A DNA stretch of 64,000 bases from Octopus bimaculoides. Taxonomy: Eukaryota. Each line of letters starts with the position of its first letter. The first letter of the stretch is position 1. The stretch covers positions 13,250,650 through 13,314,649 of the forward strand of contig NC_068988.1 of NCBI RefSeq assembly GCF_001194135.2. Direction: 5' to 3'. Under the pieces are notes generated by a model. It did no database searches. It had not been told where the DNA came from and saw only the letters and a list, made by a program, of their open reading frames with translations. Below, in pieces: positions 56,954 to 64,000 of the stretch. A program made the translations under genes and the position numbers.

Positions 56954-57212
56954 GTACAGATTACATTACAGTTCTTATCTTTTTAGTGGTGAATGCAAGT
57001 TGTTTTGCTTTTTTTCTTTTATTGAAACCAATATCTTTTTTTGAATTAGAAATTGTCAGTGGTTTAGTTTTAGGAAGGGTGTCCAACTGTAGAAACCATG
57101 CGAAAGTTAACACAGCCTTGCCCTTCACCAGATCCTGTCAAACTGTACAACCCATGCCGCATGGAAAATGGACATTAAATGATGATGATTGTCATTGTTT
57201 AAATTGTATGTG

Positions 57213-57262
57213 TGTGTATATATAACTGTGTATATATAACTGTGTATATATAACTGTGTATA
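57213..57262. repeat. 14-bp minisatellite (tgtgtatatataac) x ~3.5
   Basis: Read directly from the sequence. Confidence 0.85.
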
Positions 57263-57822
57263 CATGTGTATATGTGCTTGTTTCCTCCTTATCATCTCTT
57301 TTATTACTCCTGTTGTCTGCCTCAAACTTATCTCAAATTATCTTTATTACACACAATTTTAATTTTATTTACAGCCCCTAGTTTATCTTATTACCTTTTA
57401 ATGATGGCATACTATATTCTCTTCCCCCCCCCACACTTCTTTCCTCTTTTCATTTCCCTTTTTCTACTTCTCCCCCTACTTCTTTTCCTTATTCTGGTCC
57501 CTCAAAAGAGTTCAAAGGACCAGAACATTACAAAGTTTATATTCATAGTGATACATTAATGAACCAGTAGGTTGAAGTGGCTCTGGTTGCATACGGATCA
57601 TTTTTAAAACAAGAGATGAGGTGTAATAATGTTTTCTTGTTCGTTTGCTTCTCTTAATTAGTGAAGGCAACTAGATTGGTATGACCATTTAGAGGATGTT
57701 CTTCAGGTCTATATTCTTGAAGAAAATGCAAATTTGGCCAGACTTGTCAAGATTGCATATGGATAACTCTTAATAATTTTCACAAGTAATCCTTGAATTC
57801 TCATTCTAGGATCAGTGTAATC

Positions 57823-58346
57823 CAATGGTTCTCAACCATTTTTTAACCAAAGACCCCTTTAATTCTTGTTTTACTTGGGTGGACCCTTCATAGCCATTCG
57901 ATGTTTAGAAAAGTCCCATTATACTTTTATACTTTAACATTGTAAAGAATTCTTTTATCGTTTTCTTGTTTCAATCATTAGACTATGCCCATGCTGGGGC
58001 ACCACATTGAAGAATTTTAGTTGAACAAATCCACCCCAGTATTTATTATAAGTCTGGTACTTATTCTATCGGTCTCTTTTGCTCAACCGCTAAGTTACAG
58101 ACGTAAACACACACACATATAGACATATATATACATGATGGGCTTCTTTCAGTTTCTGTCAACCAAAATCCACTCATACGGTTTTGGTTGGCCTAAGGCT
58201 ATCGTAGAAGACACTTGCTCAAGACAGCCACATCTGCACCTATAAAAAAAATGTTAGAATATTTTGTGTATTGTAGAAGTATAATCAATTTATTGCACAT
58301 TAACTTTAACAAAATCTTATATGGAACCCCCGGTTGTGAACCATTG
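57823..58346. mobile_element. hAT (Charlie-like) MITE with nested SINEs
   Basis: 15-bp TIR CAATGGTTCTCAACC / GGTTGTGAACCATTG (1 mismatch); decayed 8-bp TSD gtgtaatc/ttataaac. Confidence 0.75.
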
Positions 58347-59397
58347 TTATAAACCAACATAGTTCATATTGTCACTGTCATTAACATCATCATATCAAAC
58401 AAAGAATATTGGAAGTTCCCTTAAAGCTAAAAGTTAACATTATTTTCAATATATTTGCATAATCTGTTTCAAAATATCATATTCTGCTTAACATTTGATA
58501 GATTAGTTTTAATGTAAAAGCTTTCGCCACATTAGCTCAAGGGTTTTAGCTCCTTATTTCAGTGTACACTGAATAGAATCCAGTTACATGACATTTACCA
58601 ATAATACTAATGATAATAATAGTTTCTGTATCATGATGATGTCTAACATTTGAAATATTGATTTCTAACCCAATAGTAATAATAATAATAATAATTCAAT
58701 AAAAAAGCATAATATTCACTTAGAGTAAATACTATTTTAAGTAGTATGCCCTCAATACACATTGCAAAATAACACTTGATTAAAACTAGCAATTAACAGT
58801 TAGCTCTTGATCAAATACTTCGTGTTTAGGGCCTAAGTTTGTGTCCATTCTATTGAGAGTCGTCTGTTTAATGGAAAAAATAAATACTGTTTTGTGTAAT
58901 TAATGAAATGTATGTATATGCAAGTGTGGCTGTGTGGTTAATAAGCTTACTTCTCAAACATGAAGTCTTTAGTTCAGTCCCACTGTGCAGCACCTTGGGC
59001 AAGCTGTCTTTTTATAGCCCTGAGTTGGTTGATCAAACCCTTGTCAATGGACTTAATAGAAATAGATGGAAACTGAAAGAAGCCTGTCGTGTGTGTTTGT
59101 GTGCACCTGCTTTTCTCCCAATGTGAGAACTTCTGTGTGATCTGTAACTAGATCTCACTCAAAATATATTCTACTGTATTTCAGAAAGGATATTTTAGAC
59201 AATGTAGTTCTAAGTATATAAAAATTAGCATGAGTGGAGCTGACCTGAGTCTAAACAGTACCAAGTTGCTTTCTCAAGAATGCAAGACAGCGTTTGTGAT
59301 ATACTTAGTACAGAAAATAACTAACTGTTAAATGATGATTGGTATTTAAGAGTAATAAATTGTACTAATGTAATTCATAATTTTATATCTAACACAG

Positions 59398-59497
59398 AGT
59401 TCATATTATGGCTGCTAAACTGCCTAAATATTCTGATAGTGCCATAGAAGAAACTTTCATGGATAACCTACGTTATGCTGCAGACCGATTGATGAAG
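59398..59497 (+). CDS. HYI: HYI coding exon 3 (100 nt)
   Basis: acacAG acceptor; (R)VHIMAAKLPKYSDSAIEETFMDNLRYAADRLMK, with the H.MA and NLRYAA motifs; GTAAAT donor, phase 0. Confidence 0.93.
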
Positions 59498-60019
59498 GTA
59501 AATATACAATTTGTTTTCCTCACTTCTAAAGATATTTGTTTTATTGTTGTGGTCTTTCTTTAAGGGTTTCAATTTTCATCACCATTGTAATTTTTATGTC
59601 CATGTTTTCATGCTGGTGTGAGTTAGAAGAAAACTTATTGAGGCAGTATTTTATGACCTATTCACTTTCTATCACCAATCGTTACCTGCCTTTCAAGTAA
59701 TGGATTTTTATTCTAGTGGTTTTCACAGCTCAAAAGCATAAGAATAGTACATAATATGACATCCTTATTTTGCTTAAATGATATAAGAACACATTTATGT
59801 GCACTCACACATACATATGTAGTTGAGAAGCTCTTCAGTCTTATGATAAACTTGTTAGTGTTGGTGTCACATAATTATTTTTAACTAATTTTTCTTTAAT
59901 GCTCACAGCAATGGCTAAGCTAAGACTCATTTGATTTGTATTTTAAATATCTTACATTAGTCTATTTGTTTATGATAAAGAAATAATTGATCTGGTTGTT
60001 ATTATTTTTGTTGCCACAG

Positions 60020-60098
60020 GAACAAATCATGGGATTGATTGAACCAATAAATTCTCGCTTAAGTGTCCCTAAATATTTCCTTGATGATCCCCATAAAG
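60020..60098 (+). CDS. HYI: HYI coding exon 4 (79 nt)
   Basis: ccacAG acceptor; EQIMGLIEPINSRLSVPKYFLDDPHK, with the catalytic EPIN motif; GTAAAT donor, phase 1. Confidence 0.95.
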
Positions 60099-60416
60099 GT
60101 AAATAAAGTCTTTTCTTTCGATCTTTTACTTGATCAATTGCATATCATATTGCATGGCCTAGTGGATAGATGTTAGGCTTAGAATCATAAGGTTGTGAGT
60201 TTAATTTCTTGAATGAGCAGCACATTTCATTTCACATTGAAAATAAGTACCAGCCAAACCGTGATGCAGCTCTGTTCCCCTGGAGCTATCACATCCTTGA
60301 TATTCCACTAGACAATGAGAGGTTGTGTCAACTTGTGACTACATGGACTATGGACTCATAAAACAATTAGAAAATGCATGATGCATACTTACCCAATCAT
60401 ACTTGTGAGTGACAAC

Positions 60417-61199
60417 TGTGGGGATGAGATGAGCCGAAAGGAAAGGGCTGTGATGTCAAAGGCCAAGGGGTTTGACCAGAACAGGAAGGGTGAGAGAAGA
60501 AGTGCCAATTGGGACAGACTGAAGAGTCCTTGCCACACAGAGTGATGTTCAGATATGAATGGTGTCGTCTGAGTAAACCGTCAGAATGCCCTATGGAAGA
60601 GAGAGAGACTGTCTTCATGGAGGTGGGAGAGGAAGTCTGGGTCAAGCCCTCAAAGGTACACTGCACATCTCAGAGGAACAGGGGAACAGTGACGGCTGTT
60701 AACTCCAAAAATAACATTTCTGTGGATGGAATGCCACATCACGTCTTGGATGTTCGCAGGATTGTCGCTGTGTTGGACGACGAAGGTGGAAGAGAGGAAG
60801 AGAATATCTCCCTACGAAGATCACAGTGTGTGAGGCGTTGACCCTGGTGGATGGTAGATTTTGATGTGGAGTAAAATGAGGAGGTGATCCTTGAGATCAG
60901 GGGGGCGTGTGGGGATGAGATGAGCCAGAAAGAAAGGGCTATAACGTCAACAGTGAAAGAGCTTGACCGGAAGAGGAAGGGTGAGAGAAGGAAGACCAGG
61001 GATAATTTTTTTTTTGTCTTGGGTGCTCATGACGAATGGACATGAGGTGAGCGAGCTGATAGAGATGGGTACTAGCAGCTACTATCAATAGGTGCGTGGG
61101 CTGGGCATGAGTTTTGGATTGAGTATAGCTGGATGGCAAAACGACGAGAAGGATAGGTGAATTGTTTCTTATTTCCCTTCATTCCAGGTCCCTTGCACA
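60417..61199 (+). mobile_element. Internally deleted Gypsy-like LTR retrotransposon
   Basis: Partial 5' LTR 60417-60502 repeated at 60908-60994; integrase C-terminus-like ORF (EVGEEVWVKP..C..GTVTAVNS..SVDGMPHHVLDVRR); PPT-like gagatcagggggg; TG..CA ends; TSD acaac/acagc. Confidence 0.75.
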
Positions 61200-61289
61200 A
61201 CAGCTATAGTAAATTGTATAGTGTTTGTTGTTGCTTGTGTGTATTGAGGTTAGACTTTTAGTAACAACATTTGTATCTTTCTTGACCTG

Positions 61290-61590
61290 AACACTCACAC
61301 AGAGGCCAGGCTAGAAAAACAGCTAAATGGAATGCGCATCTGCATATTATGGATGGTTCTTAACATCATTTGGAAGAGCCATACTCTTTGTTCAGAGACA
61401 TCTTTAAAAAATAAAATCCAGTGTAGTGCTATGGCAGTCAATATGTGGCTGGATGATGCAGGAGTTGAGCCACCAACTTCATCAATAATCTCAAACAAAG
61501 ACATCAGCTTGAAGACTGTATTAGATATAGCAGCCTTATTGGTGAATTGAGACATCTTGGTTTGATCAGAACAACAGCTAAGATGATGAT
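61290..61590 (+). mobile_element. Decayed RTE-clade 3' fragment
   Basis: RLEKQLNGMRICILWMVLNIIWKSH, similar to RTE RLEK.LDG.YTRMLR..LN.SW; (GAT)n tail. Confidence 0.55.
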
Positions 61591-62626
61591 GAATATTAAC
61601 TCTTAATTTATTGTTACCATTTTTGTCAAAGGAATTGTATTACTTTCTTTTGCTGACTCTCTTTTTCACCAATACATGCAGACATATTGATATCATTACC
61701 ATCATCATCATTGTAATGTCTGCTCGATTCATATGGAATTCATTAAGGTATAGTTCTATAGCTGGAGGCCCTTCTTGTTGCCAACTCTCACCTGTTTCCC
61801 AGGAAAGTAATATGTCTCCAGAACCAGGCATGTTTTTCTCAGAAGATTGGAAACAAACCATGCTTGTTTACAACCATCATGTGATGTCAAGACAGTTCAC
61901 TCTCAAGCACTACAGATGATGTGTAACCCAATACAACCTGTTGCATGGTCAGGTCCTTGGCAATTAAACCACTAACCCCACCAAGCTTGCTTGGCAAGGA
62001 GGGTAATTTATTGGACATGCTGCAGGATAGAAAACAAAACACATCAAAGGACAGGAACTCAAGAGAGTCAACAATCCTCCAATAACATGTTAAGGTGCAT
62101 GGCCTGCTTGTTAGGGTGTTGTGCTCACAATCACAAGATCATGGTTTTGATTCAAGGGCCGGCTGTGTGTTGTGTTCTTGAGCAAAACACTTCAATTCAT
62201 GTTGCTCCAGTCCACTCAGCTGTAAATGGATAACCTTGTGACAGATTGATGTACAAGGGTGAGATGGTGACTCTGAAAAGTCACCTGAATGGAGGCCTTG
62301 CGAGTCACGTTTTGTATTTAGCAATTGAAAGGATGAATAGTGCAACACATACTGTGAATCCCGACTGGTTGGGATTGGTTGTTCAACCACATCAAAGGAA
62401 CACACACACACGCACATACACAATAAGTTCTTTTCAGTAGCCATCTACCAATTCCCATTAAAAGCTTTGGTCAGCCTGAGGCTTAAGTAGAAGACACTTG
62501 TTCAAGGTGCTGCACAATGGAACTGAACCAGAAAACCTGTGTATGTACCTACATAAATAAAATAAAAGAGTTGTTCAGTTTGAAGTGTATTCCTTATACC
62601 AATGTTTTTTATTTTTTTTATTTTAG

Positions 62627-62676
62627 CTTTGAAATACGTCAAGGTACTGGATCATCCAAATTTGAAGTTGCAGTTT
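62627..62676 (+). CDS. HYI: HYI coding exon 5 (50 nt); the gene continues beyond the window
   Basis: ttttAG acceptor; (A)LKYVKVLDHPNLKLQF, with the PNL.LQ motif that precedes the D.FH exon; GTAAGT donor. No D.FH exon was found before 64000. Confidence 0.9.
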
Positions 62677-63649
62677 GTAAGTTGCTAATTTTTTTTTTTT
62701 ATTATTTATTTTATTTACTATTTTGTTTACTATGTCTGGAGCAATAGTTAGTGTCCATGATTTTTGCAGGCCTTCTAGAACCAGTGATCTTAGCTTGATG
62801 GCATTAATGTTTTGTTTAAACTGTTGCCTATCACCACTTGTAGGAAAGCCATTAGCAGGAAGAAGATTCCAGGGTGTTGATGTTTGGGGGAAGAAGGAAT
62901 GGAATAGTGGTTGTGCATGGTTTGGTGGGTAGAGAGAGATAAGTGGATAAGGAGTGCTTGACCTTTAAGCCTTACAACAATTGTCAGTTTGTTAATCCTG
63001 GCAGGTGGTCATGGGTGGATGCCTTTACTGGAGTAGCAAACTCAACTCTTGCAAGCATTTGGATCATATCGCCATTCTGAGAGTAGATAGATCATTCTTG
63101 TTCACCAGTCTTGAAGGCTCTGCAAAATGGGTCATAGGCACTGCCCTTTTTCACAGACAAACCCATAAAATAATACTTAGGCAAGATACTCCCCTTTTGA
63201 CTAGTTTTTTTTTTTGTCTTTTATACTTGTTTCAGACATTCGATTGTGGCCATGCTGGGGCACCACTTTGAAAGGTTTAGCTGAACAAATTGACCCCAGT
63301 ACTTATATTTTAACTCTGGTCACTTTTGCCAAATTGCTAAGTTACAGGAACCAACACAGCTTGTCAAGTGATGCTGTGGAACATACACAAACAAGTTTCC
63401 TCACAGTTTCCACCTTCCAAATTCACTCACAAGGCATTGGTTGGCCTTGATTTATAGTAGAAGGCACTTACCCATGGCACTGAACCCAAAACTGCATGGC
63501 TGCTAAGTGAGCTTCTTAATCACATAACCATACCTTATATCTGCATGTGTGTTGATGTGTCTCTTTATACCCTTTAACTTAGCAAGTCAACAAACAGACA
63601 TCAATAAATTAAGCACCAAACTGAAATAACTTGAACCATCCAACCCATG

Positions 63650-63827
63650 TTTACAGGCACTGGCAATGACTACGATTTCACTTAGCTCGACATGTCTTCT
63701 CAAGCACAGTAACTTACCAGAAGTCTCGGTCACTTGTCATTGCCTCCATAAGGCTCAACAACCGAAGATCACATTTCACCACCTCATCCCATATCTTCCT
63801 GAGTCTACCCCTTTCACAGGTTCCCTC
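63650..63827 (-). mobile_element. RTE LINE ORF-end fragment
   Basis: The minus strand reads EGTCERGRLRKIWDEVVKCDLRLLSLMEAMTSDRDFW*VTVLEKT. Confidence 0.8.
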
Positions 63828-63871
63828 ATAAAACAAAGTCAAAATAGGAGATTGGAAAATTTTTGGTAGTC

Positions 63872-63985
63872 TTTATTCACCATTACACATATTTCATTTG
63901 CTAATAGGAGATATCTTAAATGTTTTCTACATGTACAGGTTTGTAACTCCTATTAGCAAATGAAACATGTGTAATGGTGAATAAA
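63872..63985. mobile_element. Small foldback MITE / hairpin
   Basis: 39-bp arms 63872-63910 and 63947-63985 with one mismatch; 36-nt spacer. Confidence 0.8.
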
Positions 63986-64000
63986 TAACAAAAAAGTTTC

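Noticed and set aside
57492-57525. 9-bp hairpin ttctggtcc/ggaccagaa, possibly a hammerhead relic
   Set aside because: Neither the CUGANGA nor the GAAA core is present; too degenerate to call.
62677-64000. Search for HYI exon 6 (D.FH.Q motif)
   Set aside because: Not found; it presumably lies beyond the window.

Overview
AT-rich, microsatellite- and retroposon-dense animal genomic DNA with five N gaps. The repeat content and gene sequences point to a coleoid cephalopod, most likely Octopus; this is inference, not a database match. Two + strand genes are supported. The first is a complete 4-coding-exon Rab3 (6871-36250, 219 aa, ending CQC) whose ATG abuts a splice acceptor and which is followed by a ~5 kb TE-free putative long 3' UTR. 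The second is the first five coding exons of hydroxypyruvate isomerase HYI (48620-62676, continuing beyond the window). The rest is RTE-clade LINE fragments, several tRNA-derived SINE families, piggyBac/hAT/Tigger-like MITEs, a deleted Gypsy-like LTR element and Penelope-type remnants. The most notable unexpected signals are: a minimal type I hammerhead ribozyme with an intact core, sense within Rab3 intron 2, plus three decayed relatives; a young TIR element carrying CCCTAA repeats directly upstream of HYI; a TTAGGG tract replacing a SINE B-box; and SINEs built combinatorially from swappable modules. TE boundaries are approximate unless a TIR or TSD is quoted.
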